Below the pieces are notes generated by a model. That model worked only from the letters and a program-made list of their open reading frames with translations, made no database searches and had not been told where the DNA came from. The position numbers were made by a program, and so were the translations under genes. A stretch of DNA of 64,000 nucleotides from Moniliella sp. 'wahieum' (lineage: Eukaryota): assembly GCA_003971905.1 (NCBI GenBank), contig RSEE01000003.1, forward strand, positions 62,001 through 126,000. The letters run 5' to 3'. Of the stretch, positions 23,898-36,339 are shown one piece after another (the first letter of the stretch is position 1; each line of letters opens with the position of its first letter).

Positions 23898-25754
23898 CGC
23901 TCCATGGAAAGCGCCGAAAGCGCCGACCTTGCTCGAACCTAAAGCCAACAACCAGCAGGGACCCAGTGCGTCCCGGGCCCTTCGTCTAACCAACTGCCGT
24001 GATAATACAGGCGCTTCCTCGGGCCTCAGGCCTCCCTCAGGCCTCCCTCAACTTAGATTTTGGGTATGCTGTTGCACTTTTGCCCCCACATGATACTTTC
24101 GACTACGGCTACATGATGAGGCTGTATCCCTTGTAGAGACATAGAGACGAAGCCCCCCACTTCAGTCCAAATAACATGTCAAGAAGGAAGGAGAGTGACT
24201 TCGCATTGCTCTTGCATTTACCAGCTTGTCATTGTTACTGAGCGACGAGAGAGAAACGGGGGCAAAAAGTCCAAGAGGCAAAAAAGGGGGGCGAGAGAGG
24301 TCAAAAGTCTCTTGATTGATGGATGATGCTCTGTGATTAGTGCATCATCATGTACTAGATTCTTCGTTGCGATGGCGTCCCAAATCTCACTGTGAACTGT
24401 GGGACGATAAAGTGGAAAGAAGGTAATATGGGGGTGAGCACAGCACAAGCAATCAACTCCAAGATCTGCGCGTAAGAAAAAAGCTGCTATAATGAAGTAT
24501 ATACACTTGAGAGGTATACTGTAGTGTGGCCAATATAATTGACTCGGCGAAGATGGAGCAGAGCCCACCATAGTTGGCCCTGCCGCGAATTAGCCAGTCG
24601 AAGTTGAGAATCAGAGCAAGGTAAACATGTTGGCCACATATGTGCCTATCCGTATGCATTCATGCGAAACAAATGGCGGGGGGGAAAATGAGTCCTGACC
24701 GTCAGGAACTGTGGCTATGACCTGTTGGGCTTTATTACCAGTGAGTGTGGGCGCAAGGAGCTGAGAGCAAACACTAATGATCCCATCTCGTAGGCGAAGT
24801 GTTTCTTATGTCTTCCCTGCGGTTTTGTAAGAGTTTTTTTTTTACAAGCTCAGTATGCAACAGTCGCGTATAACATACTACGGAAAGTGACGCAGAAAGG
24901 GGTCAGCCCGTTGAGGGGGAAAAGGAACATTGCGAAACAACCTAGAACAGGCCAAGGCTTCCGGCTGGCTGTGGTGACTACATGTTTGACCAACAGGTGT
25001 GCGTGAGTCCACCGAAGACGCAGTTCCTCAATCTGCTTGTAATCCACATAAAAAGAAGAGATGGGAGTAGGAGTAGTATGGGTCGTCTTTCTTGAACGCA
25101 AGTCGTACTCGACCTGGTGTTGGCTGCTCCCCAAGTAAATCTGTGATTGGGGGCGGGTACGCCATTGGGTGAACCGTATATATACAGATCCAGTTGTTGC
25201 TTGATATTCACCCGCATGAAGCCAGGAGAGCGTGTCGCTCACTGCGTCTGTGCCTGTATACGAGAGAGCCTCGTTCTGGTGGTGGGCCCTGATTAATGAT
25301 TGGCTATGAGGATTGTGCCACTTTTCCTAAGCATGGTTAATCGTGGTGAATCAGAGGCGTATCCATCATGTCCTCGAGGCACTCCATCGTGTTCTGGCGC
25401 TTCTCAGCCCCGCGTGCTGTGTCCGAGGCCGGCTGTGTGATAGAGGGATGCTGCATGCTGGGCAGGCTGCAAACGAAAATTTTGGGTGCGATGGGTGGGA
25501 ACCTGAAATGTCCACTCGGTGCAAACTCTAAGCCTGGGGTGGAGCGGAAGGCGGAACTGCGGATGCCTCGGGGGGGGAAGGCCGCACGTGCAGTGGGGGA
25601 AAACCGCGGGGCAGAGGGGCAGTGTCGGTCCGAAGCTTCTAATTTTTTTCGGCGACATGCGTGTGGCAAGACTGGGTTCGTCAAGGAGTGCTGTCGGGCA
25701 TTTGTCGTGCGACACTCAGAGTTTGCTACCACCACCTCTTCCCCTCTTGGAATC

Positions 25755-26317
25755 ATGTCGTTCGCCCGTGGATGCTACAAGTACGTTTCCCATCCCTTCC
25801 CAATGCTCCTTGCCCCCATACTCACCTTACTTTCCTACCAGCTGCGGCCAGTCTGGCCACCAGGCCTCCGCCTGCCCCACCTCTGGCACGCCTACCTGCT
25901 ACAACTGCGAGCAGCCCGGCCACGTTTCCAGCGCCTGTCCCGAGGAGCCCAAGCCCAAGGCTTGCTACCGCTGCGGCGAGCGCACTCACCTCAGCCGTGA
26001 GTGCCCCACGGCCCAGGCCGGCGGGTGCTACCGCTGCGGCCAGCCGGGCCACATGGCGCGTGACTGCCCTCAGGGCGGTGCGCCGGGCAACGGCTTCTCT
26101 GCCCCGCGCCCGCGGGGGTGCGTCGTGCTACTCGTGCGGCGGTGTGGGCCACTTTAGCCGTGACTGCCCCTCGGGTGGCAACGGCGGTGGCCGCCAGGCC
26201 AAGTGCTTCAACTGTGGCGACTATGGCCACGTGTCGCGCGACTGCCCCCAGCCCCAGACCAAGTCGTGCTACCAGTGCCGCCAGGAGGGTCACATTGCCG
26301 CCGACTGCCCCAACTAA
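25755..26317 (+). CDS. GIS2: CCHC zinc-knuckle RNA-binding protein (CNBP/Gis2/Byr3 family)
   Basis: MSFARGCYK|CGQSGHQASAC followed by repeated CX2CX4HX4C knuckles (seven in total); intron 25781..25841. Confidence 0.93.
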
Positions 26318-26987
26318 GCAACGGCGCCTCCCCCCAGCTGTTGCCGCTTGTAGCGTGCTGTCGTGCCATGGATCCTAGCAAAATTCGATGACCGATGATC
26401 AGCGATGCATGGTGGAGAGCCAAGTAGCATGTAAGGGTGGAACATGTAACGCTACGATACTTGAATGCCCTGAAGCTTGAAGCTTTATGGAGGCAGACAC
26501 TGGTGGCAGTCGCATGGCTATGCACAACAGAGTAGGCGGTCTGTTTGGCCAACGAGCCTCTGGGTCAGTCCGGTCAGTACAGTCAGTACTGGGCCCCGCA
26601 AACACCGACAGTTTGCCCAGCATGGCCAAGCATATATATATGCCACCATTCATCGATGAATCATCCCGGCAGGATACGCTCTCGAGTGTAACACGTGAGG
26701 AAATGTATATACGCACACCCTCCTTCTGCGCTCCCAGTCCAAATACTAGTACCTTCTTTCTTCCGTAGGCGGGACGCAATGACAGTGCAATGCCACGCCA
26801 AACATACGAACCTCGCCACCCCTGCGACTTTCTCCCATGTGTAACTATAGGCCCGTCCATATCCCTCATTGCAATCAGTGGCCATACAGTAGTGAAATTC
26901 GATTCATAGATAATACACAGCTTTTCCCCTTGCGAGAAACTGCTTAGCAGTGAGCGTTGGAAAAGGCTTCGAGAGTAGTAGGGCTTC

Positions 26988-28562
26988 TTAGGCAGGAGAT
27001 GTCAATGAGGGATCTGGGACAGCAGTAGGGACAGTTGTGACGGCCTCCGGCGAGACCGCGGGGTGGAGCTTTGATGTTCGTCGATCCACCACAGCATACA
27101 AGGCCGTCCAGATGAGCGCCAACGCAGCTGCCCCCAGCACGCAGCCAGCACAGATGAGCAGGCCCCTGCGGTCTCGCGTGGCGCTATGGAAGATGTTGCT
27201 TCCAACAAACGAAGCGAGTTGGATGAACATGGTATACGTCGCCAGCGCCACGGGCCGTTGCCGTTCTTCCAGTCGGTTGCTGAGCCAGGCTGCGTTGATT
27301 CCTTGCACACTGCCCATGCCCGATTGGGTGACGACCAAGCCCGCGAACAGGGCCCCTTGGATGCGGAGGCAGGAGGCAAGGCGAGCCATAAGTCCCACGG
27401 CTGAAAGGAGGAAACCCAAACGTGATGTGGGCGCCGCGATAGCCCCATCGGTCTGAGCTAAAAGCGAGCGAGAGAGAGACAACGAGGGAACCAACACTGC
27501 CAATGCTGTTCATCCCATTGGCGTGGAATCCATGGAAACCCAGCGATTGAATGATGGAGGGCGCATACGTGTTGATCGGGTAAACATGACGAGGAGAGGA
27601 AGGCCATGGCGCAGTGCCCCCACAATGCCCAGCCACAGTATACATCAAAGTCGGACCAAGTCAAGTGGTGGGAACTAGCTGCCTTGGAGGGATCGTCGTC
27701 AACCGCACGCTTGGAAAGAGTGGCTGCTTGAAGCGGAGTCAGGATAGCAATAGAGGGGGGAGGACGAGAGGAGGGCCACCAACGCCACTGCGCAGCCGTG
27801 CCCGGCCCTTCGGAAGAAGAAAGATAAAGGCGAAAAGGGAAATGGGAACAGTCATGCAGGCTCCCTCGATGATAAAAAGCCATTGGTATCCATACAGTCC
27901 CTCTCGACCTTGAAGCTGAAGCAACCCCATGGCCAGCACGCCTCCGATAGCACCGGCGACTGCGTTCGCGGCCCATAAGAACGTTAGACGTACCCCCATT
28001 TCACGGCGGGGGTAAAAGCGCGAAAGATAGTAGGCTGCTCCGGGAATGAATCCCGACTCGGCAAAGGCCAGCATAAACCTGGTCGCATAAAAGCCCGAGC
28101 GCGAATGGACAAAGGCTTGGCTCAACGTCACGCACCCCCACACGAGCATGATAAGGGGCAGCCAGAGTTGGGGCCCCATGCGCTTGATGACCAGGTTGCT
28201 GGGAATCTCAAAGACGACAATGCCCAGCGTAAATAAGGTTTGGCCTAGATGACTTGGGAGGTGCTTATCCCAACGGTGCTTGAAGTCCCCGTCGGTCAGA
28301 GCATTGCCCAAGTTGGTCCGGTCAAGTTGCAGCATGACAAACATGAGGATCACAGTGCCCAGAACGCATACATCTACGCGCAAGCGGCCGTGCACGACAA
28401 CTGGATCATCGTCCGGGTTTCTTCGAGCAAAAGTGACCGAGAGGGGTCGAGCAGGTGAATGGGCTCAACTGTGGAAATTTCGGGCTTGGAGATGCTATCC
28501 ACTTTTCGTTTTTCAGGCAGCAAAGAGGGGTGGGTGTGTCTGTCCCGAAGACTGAAAGACAT
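26988..28562 (-). CDS. MFS transporter of the anion:cation symporter (Dal5/Tna1/Soa1-like) family
   Basis: LMFVMLQLDRTNLGNA, FEIPSNLVIKRMGP, TRFMLAFAESGFIPG..YLSRFY, GLYGYQWLFIIEG; frameshifted. Confidence 0.9.
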
Positions 28563-29940
28563 GGGAATCGTGGTGCCGTGTAATTCGGGGGAGAAGAGGA
28601 AGAGCGTAGACCTGGGGGTATATATATTGACCGAGAGGAGCTCACCACAGCGATGAGATGGTCAAAATAGGGGAGACGAGAGGTGAAGACACAATCACCC
28701 CGATTTTGATCAAGGCGCCGCCGTTGGGGTAGCGTACCAGGGGCCCAGGAACGGGTGCACGGGATACAGAAGACGTGTGAGAGGTGGGTTTGCATATGCT
28801 GACGGGGACCCAGCTATCGTTGCCCAACGTTGTCAACAGAGGCAAGCGATAACGCGATGTGTAGATAGGGAGCGTGCGAGGTGACGGGTGAGGAGTTGAA
28901 GCGGGAGAAAGGCGGGATTGTGAGGCGAAGAGTCACTGCTGAGGTTACTGGGAGGTGGGCCAGTAATAAACACCCGACGGGTGCTCCTCGAGCAAGAGCG
29001 GGCTGAGCGCTGATTAATGATTGTTGCCTTCTGCGTCGGGGGTTGGTTATGCGGTGCAGGACAAAAGGCACGGCTGTGACTCCGGTTTGGACGTTGAACG
29101 ATGAACAGAGACGATCAGTAAGTGCCTCGGCACGCTTCAGATCTAGCGCGCGCCGATGTCATAGGCGTGCGGGGATGGGATGGCGAAGCGGTTGGTGGCT
29201 GGGTGATGACCCGCAACAACTGAGTGGTGTTATCGTGAGTGTACTTACTAGGGGAGAGGCCCAATTTGATTGTCGCGTGTTGGCCCTGGCGCCACAGCCC
29301 TTCGCGCCCGAAGCGGCCTCGGCCGCCTCGGCCCGAACACACCGAGGTCACCGAAGCCACCGAGCGGGCCGAGGTTAATTTAATTACTGTCGAGATTATT
29401 GTACCGTTCTGTGCAACACCACTTTACTGCCTACAGCCAACGTTCAACCGACCAGCAATCTCACATCTCCGACCAATGCGTATACTGACGTGCTTGCCAG
29501 CCTGGTATACGTTATCGCAACCAATGGTTCCTGAATCCGACCTTTTCTTCCCGATCATCAGAGTGAGGATCTTCCTGATCTCTCTCTCTCTCTCTCTCTC
29601 TATCTCTATCAATAAGTCTACTATACTGATGTGTTTTACGCGGCCCCTCGGCCCGGGGAAACCACGCCTCGGATACCGCGTGTGAGACGGACGCACTTGC
29701 GACCTGTGGCTAACCAGTTTAGCCAGTTCATCGCTCCAAATACCTTTCCTGCCTGCACCCGCCCCATGTCCTCATGTGTGAGATACATAGCGAGACGCCG
29801 CGATTGTATCATCGATACTATGACCTAGCCCATTGCACCCCTTTCTTGCTGAAGTGTGTATAGTATAAAAATAGCCTCTCGGCAGCAATTGCCTCCCCGC
29901 ATTGGCTGACTTCAACCCTCTTCCACCCAAAAACATTGGT

Positions 29941-31269
29941 ATGGCGCCCATTGACCAGAACAGTCTCCGCCGGCGCGGCACCGGTGTCACCGCCATCAAC
30001 AAGGAGAAGGTTGTTCCAGGATATCTGTTGGTCTCGCCTCTGACAAGCAAAGATGTATGCATTTTTTCGATACCACTGTTCTTCCTTGAACACGGTGCTG
30101 ACTCTCCCCTTGCATCCACTTCTCCAGACGTATTTGATCGACATTTTTGGTGATCAGGTCAAAAAATGGTCGCTCCCTTGGCGCAATGGCCGTCATTCGT
30201 CTGCTGCCCAATGGTAACCTGGCGATCAACAGTATCGATCCCAGCACACCAAGGCCCTTTTGGTTCTTCAATAAGTACGGTGGTGGCATCATGAGCGAGA
30301 TTGATCCCAAGACGGGTGCTGTGGTGCACCAGCACAAGGACCCGCTGGCTCATCACGATGCGTACCACTATGGCGATGGTACCGGCCGGATTCTTTACGC
30401 TGCGTTGGAGAAGCTTTCTCCGGAGGACAGCGCTCAGGTCCTGGGTGGGCTCGAGGGGATGAGGCTCCCGATGGATCGGTCTATGCCGACCTGTTGCGCG
30501 AGGTTGATGGAGACGGAAAGGTATTGTGGGAGTGCGGGTGAGCCAATACTTGGACCGGGCCACGTTTCCGCTTCAATCTCGGTACCCGCGGGAACATTAT
30601 CCATTGATCAACAGTGTGCTCCCGTTGCGGGACGGAAACGTACTCTGCTCGCTGCGCAGTGTATCGGCGGTAATCATCATTGATCGGGCGACAAAGCAGG
30701 TGATCTGGCACCTGGACCATCGCATCGTCGCCCAGCAACACTGTGCCACCGAGTTGGACAATGGCAACCTGCTCATCTTTGACAATGGCGCGTTCCGTGA
30801 TACGGAGAGTTTTCAGTTTTCGCGTGCGATTGAAGTGGACCGGTCCACCAAGGCAATCGTGTGGGAATGGACGGACGAGTCGAAGGAGCGGTTCTTTACT
30901 CCGTTCATGGGAAGCGCTCAACGCCTTCCTCCATCGTCCCCCTCGCTCCCGGGGCAACGTGGCCACACGGTTTTGTGTGAGAGCGCGTTTGGGCGGGTGA
31001 TCGAGGTGGACGAGGCGGGGGAGGTGGTGTGGGAGTGGGTATGCCCCTACTTTGCTCGCTACGAGGAGCCAGAGATGCGAGCTTTGTTTCCAGCGGAGAG
31101 CAACGCTCTGTTCCGGGCCTACAAATATCCGGCCAGTGCGTTCCCTTGGCTGCCGGAGCAAGACAAGGATCAGGTTAGGATGCCATGTGTCAGCGCGAAG
31201 CCGAAGGGGATTCAAGTTGGTCGAACCGCCGATGGGGACGGCGGGGGCGCGCGTTTGACATGGAGGTAA
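29941..31269 (+). CDS. Arylsulfate sulfotransferase (ASST-family beta-propeller) protein
   Basis: MAPIDQNSLRRRGTG…PGYLLVSPL; motifs AHHDA, SLR, AQQHCA, NLLIFDNG, FMGSAQRLP, GRVIEVD..GEVVWEWV.P; intron 30055..30127. Confidence 0.88.
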
Positions 31270-31800
31270 TTCGAGGGGAATTAGGGCGGGTTCCCACGTC
31301 CAGCCTCGGCCGCTCAGCCGGAGCGTTTCAACTTTTTTTGACATAAAAACTAGTCCAAACCCGCGGACCCATCCTCGGACCAGATTGGTAAGTGAGTTTA
31401 GTCAGGTCCTCTGCCAATCAATCCTACTCCATCGCGGTTGCTCGTGTGAGGATGCTGTAGTGGAAGCAACACTTGTCAGGTCACCGGTCATGCATCATGG
31501 CCGAGTAGGGTCTGGGTGACTGGGTGGTTAACCCCATTTGAAGCTTGGCACTGGCTGAGGGCGCTGAGGCTCAGCTGAGTAACCTCGGGCCTCACGCAGC
31601 TGGCTGAAGCTTTGACATCGGAGACCCGAGATGGAAGGGCTGGCGGCTGAGCCTCAGCGCTGAGCCGCTGAAGTGGATACTGGAAAGTGAACGTTCAAGT
31701 ATTGGAAGTCCAGCGGGACTGCCACTGCTCTGTCCGCAGCCAGGGGGGGGGCGCAGGAAGGCACGTACAGCCCAAGCGCCCCAGGAGCACCAGCGCTTCC

Positions 31801-31845
31801 GCACACAGCACTCCTGCACACAGCACTCCCGCACACAGCGCTCCT
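31801..31845. repeat. 15-bp tandem repeat x3
   Basis: gcacacagcactcct / gcacacagcactccc / gcacacagcgctcct. Confidence 0.9.
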
Positions 31846-32551
31846 GCGCCCCAGCACACCCCCAGCACACCCGCATGTGGCGAGTGCTGTAGGCTACGTA
31901 TGCACCCACTGTATGGGACTCGTTCCCGCGACGCCACCCGCCGAGGAGGGCCAGGCGGCGCGCCAGCCTGCGCATGCACCAGCCCGCAGCCCCAGCAGAA
32001 CAGTGTGCTTTCCACCAGCGGTGCTGCCCGCTGCGGGCACTGCGGCGCCCTGCAGCGCCCGACAGGCGGGCGCTGCGCAGGGGCACGCGGCATACGGGCT
32101 GTGTCCTGCCGCTGCATGAGCGAGTTGGCGTTCGGCCCGCCCGCATGCACGCACCGCGCCAGTGATCGGTTGTGTACGTTTGACAACAAACGCACGCGGC
32201 ACTGCTCTTGTGCCCCGCCGGCAAGCCTTCTGCCAGGGACCGGATGCGGCCAGCCCGGGCACCCTCCCACCACAGGCGCTGTGCCGCGCACGCGCCACAC
32301 TGGCGTCCTGCCGCCGCGGCAGACGTCGAGCGAGTGCTGCTGGCGCGCAGCAGCTCAGCACTGCACCGCCCTGCCCGCGCTGCCCCTGCCTCGGCCGTCG
32401 CCTCCTGGGATCGCCTCCCGCCACCACCACCACCACCACCACCGCCCCCCCCCCCACCCCCTGTCGGCGCTCGACGCTTCTGCTGCTGGCCTCACTGCGC
32501 CCGTCGCTGCGGCCTCCCACGCCATCTGCCCCCGCGCCGACGCTGGTCCTG

Positions 32552-34908
32552 ATGCCTCTGGCGTCTTCCTCGCCCCCCGTATCCTCCTCAGCTTCCTCTC
32601 CTTACCGCGCCGCCCATCTGGATCTGCCCAGGTCTGGCACTCTCTCCCCCTGGCCCGACGAAGCCATTGCCGACGACACCCCCACCACCTCCGCCCCTAA
32701 CTCGTACGCTGGCGAACCCACTGCAACCCCCATGGCCACATCTACTGTCTCTGCTGCCAATCCCATTGCCGCCATGGGTAAAGACGGTGGCGACATCACT
32801 GCGCGCTTGCGCGAGCTTGGTCTCGCCGATGAACCCGACCCTCATCTCCGCTTACTCAACAACGCCTTCCTTTCATCTCCCGATGCCCCCGACCTCCTCC
32901 CACTCGAGACACCCCGTCCTGCCTCCCCCTCCGGTGCGGATGTGTTGTCTCCCTCCGCTTTCGGAGGTGGCAAAAGCCACGCGTCACGTCCCCGATCGGG
33001 CACAGCCGTCTCGAACATTAGCACCATTTCGGATATGACAACGATCAGCAACGCCACAACTACCCGCGCTGCCGCCTCTGAAAATCTCGCCTCTCTCACC
33101 TCCGCCGCTCCTCCCAAAATGTTCCTGGCCATGTGTATGGTCACACATCCCGCACGAGTATGAGCCGCAGCAGCATGAATGGTCTCGAGGTTTTGCCGGA
33201 TGGCACCTCAGTTCCTTCTGCGTTGTCTACTTTGAATGGCCGTGCGTCCCCGGCAAGTCACAGTGAGGGTCCTGCCGAAGTGTTTGCCCCGGGCATGTTT
33301 GGCCGTGGTCCGCGCGGCTCGTCCAGGACACCCGTAAGCCATGGCGAGGCAGCGCGTGCGGCGTCCCGTCTTACCCGCTCTGCCGGGTACCTGCCTGCAC
33401 TTGCTCCCCGGGGGCGGACGGGTACGGCAGCCGAAGAGACGTTGGGTGAAGCTCCCTCATTGTCCCGGACGATGTAGCCACCTCGCCCACCCCCAGCGAA
33501 TCATCGAACTGGTTTGCTTCTGGCTTGGCCACCGCTGCATTTAGTGCTGGCTCGGGCTCTGTATCGGGTGCGTCATTGAAGACGAACCGAGGACGAGGCA
33601 CGAACGGTCGTTTGATACTCTGGGCACCGGACACTCTTCCGTCTCTCCCACCGTGGCTCCTGCCGTGCCGCTTGTCGCTTCGGACTCTACCGTGGCATCG
33701 AGCCACCTTACCCCACGTGACTTTACTCGGCGCGAACCTCGTGCAGGCCGCCCGGCTTGACTGATGGCGAGGCTCGTTCCCCCCAAGGCTTCTGGGCATA
33801 AGGCCCGTGTAGTTCGGACCAATCTTGCCTTGACGGTTCTGCCGCGAGCCAGAAAAAGTTGTTGGAGCCGTCGTCGTCAATGGAGCACATGTCTGTTTCC
33901 CCCGTGGTCGACTTTAGTCAGCTTTCGGCCCCGCGCGCCCTTGGCGATGAGTTGAAGCCCAGCGAGGCTGTTTCGGCTAGTACGGCTCGCAGCCCCGTGA
34001 GCCGGTCTCTCTCGATCGAGGAGGAGTCAACCGCGCCACTTTCCACGTCCAACCCGTTGGCGGTGCAGCGGGCCAAGCAAGCCGCACGCGCGCTTCCTAC
34101 AGCCCAAGCCATGGCTGACGCGAGTCGGGCCGTGGTATACAAAGAAAATGGAACGGCGATCAAGTTTTGGAGCTGTTTGCAAACCGCAAGACGATTGTCG
34201 TTTTCCCCTCGCATTGGGCGTGCCCACACTTCCAGCAATACGTCAAAAAATTGTGCAACGTTAACATGGCCGCCTTGGGCAAGGCTGGATACTCCATGAT
34301 CTTTGTTGGACAGAGCTCGACGCAGCAGATGGCTGCCTTTCAGAACTCATTCCCTTCCCCTTTTTCCCTCTATGCCGATCCCGACCGAGCGGTGTACCGT
34401 GCATTGGGAATGCAACTGGTTAACCCAGCGCTGAACGCCTATGATGAGTACCTACATGCTCTTACCCCGGCGTCTGGCCAAGAAGACTGGGTCCAAAACA
34501 GGTCTTCGCAAGGGACTGCTCCATCTCCCCCTTGCCCCTTCGGCCGGTGGTGCCAACCGCTATGTCCTAGGAGGTGTATTTGTTCTCGGGCCTGGAGCCA
34601 AGTCCAGCTTCGCGCAACGCTTGACAGCGATGAATGAGTACCCTGATGTGGAGACACTCCTTGTCGGGCTCGGCATTGAAAAGCCCATGTTACCTCTGCG
34701 GCAGCAAATTGACCCGGCGGATCGGGCCAAGGCCGATTTGGAGGTGACAGATTATTGGTCGCCCGAGACGCCGTACTACAACAACAATGCCAAGCCCGCC
34801 GCCTCGCCAGGGTCTGCAGTGAGGACAGGTACGGGGACAGGATGGGTGCCCAAAGCTTTGCGCCTACCACCCTCAACCCGAGCGGCAGGGCGGGGGCCTG
34901 CTGCATGA
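32552..34908 (+). CDS. Ser/Pro-rich protein with C-terminal AhpC/TSA-2 (peroxiredoxin-like thioredoxin-fold) domain; frameshifted, ends approximate
   Basis: VYKENGTAIKF.ELFANRKTIVVF..HWACPHFQQYV…FSLYADPDRAVYRALGM…LGGVFVLGPG; long low-complexity N-terminal region. Confidence 0.7.
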
Positions 34909-36339
34909 GTCGAAGCAACGCCTTTCTCTCTTCCTCGGTCGAGCGAAGCCTACGAGCTCAATTACCCATGCCCCGCTTCCTTCTCTTGGCCTGCCCAACC
35001 GGCGGCCGGTTGCGCCGTTCGAAAGCATGCAAAACTTTTCGGAACCGATGCACAACCCGGATCCCTTTGCGGCGCTGGGCTATAAGAGGAGGATGGGTTG
35101 TCGGCCCTGCCGAGCCAAATAACGGATGCTACCCGCGCGGCTCCCTGGCGCGTTGGTGCCGGCCTGGAGCAGCGGCATCGGCTGCGACACTCTGCTTCGG
35201 TTCCTGACATTCTCACCCTGCTCCTGAACATGCTCTAAATCATGCTGGGTCTATCATTGGGCCTGGCACGCGCCTCGGCACAGCGCAGCGCACGGGGCAA
35301 GGTGTGAGCCAATTCCTTGCTGCCCGCGAGGCGTCGGCCAAGGCCCCTGTTGGCGATGCAGCCCCCATGCGCCCTGGCCGGCCGGGCAAGATCTCGGTGC
35401 GTCAACTGACTACGGCGGCCATGCAGCCGATGGAGAACGAGCCTCATTCCTAAGCCGACTCGCTCTGCCTCTGCTATCTTGCCTACTGGCTGGGCATCCG
35501 TTACTTGGCCTGGCGCAATGACTGCCTTGCATAGTACATCATTTTCTTCCCCATCGATCGTCCTCTTCGCTCGGCGCACTGTGCTGGTCAGCTTGCTGAG
35601 CATGGGCTGGGCTCAGCCCCTCGTGGCCCGCCAGCTCTCCGTTTCCCCCTTATCCGCTCTTTCCTTGATTCACTTCACTTTTTTCGCTCCCTCTTTTGGC
35701 CTGACCCACTCCTTTCGCACGCTCCTCCATATTTCCTGGCTTCCACCCTACCTGTCTGCTCTCCTGCTAATTTGGATCGGTCCGCCTGTTGATATGCTCC
35801 TGTTCCTGCCTGCTAAGCTTTCCCCCCATGGCCCCATTCTTCCTCTTAGCTTGCGTTGCCTCCTGTCTACCTGGCGTTCGCTTTACGTTGTGTCGGGTGG
35901 GGGATACAACCGTCAGTTTCTTGGTGTGTGTTGATGGAGCTGGATTAGGCAGTAGGCCTTAGGTCTAACGCGCTAACGCTTGGTGGCCCTTTGCGGTGAC
36001 GTGTGATATGGCACATCATGCATCACACAGTCGCCGACACCCACCACGTCACACGTCACGAGTTGCGTTCGACGTTCGACGCCCAAAAAAAAAAACAAAA
36101 TGAATCTAGCTCCGACGACTGAACATTTCACCCCTGCGCAGCCGTCTCAACTGTGATCGGTGCAAGCAACGGCGGAATCGGGCGGGCCGGTTTTCTTCCC
36201 CCGCCCAAGATCCGCAGGTCAAGAATCCTACGCCGCCCAGCGCGCGTTTGGCCATCTCGGTCTCTGTCGCCTTCACCGCCGTCGGTCCGGCCCCCTTCCC
36301 CCCCCCCCGTCGTGACGAGGCCCGTGCCTGTTGCTCATC

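Noticed and set aside
1402..31269. Ecl1-like gene and ASST/MFS pair as one sulfur-starvation cluster
   Set aside because: They are ~25 kb apart and separated by unrelated housekeeping genes; the link is thematic only.
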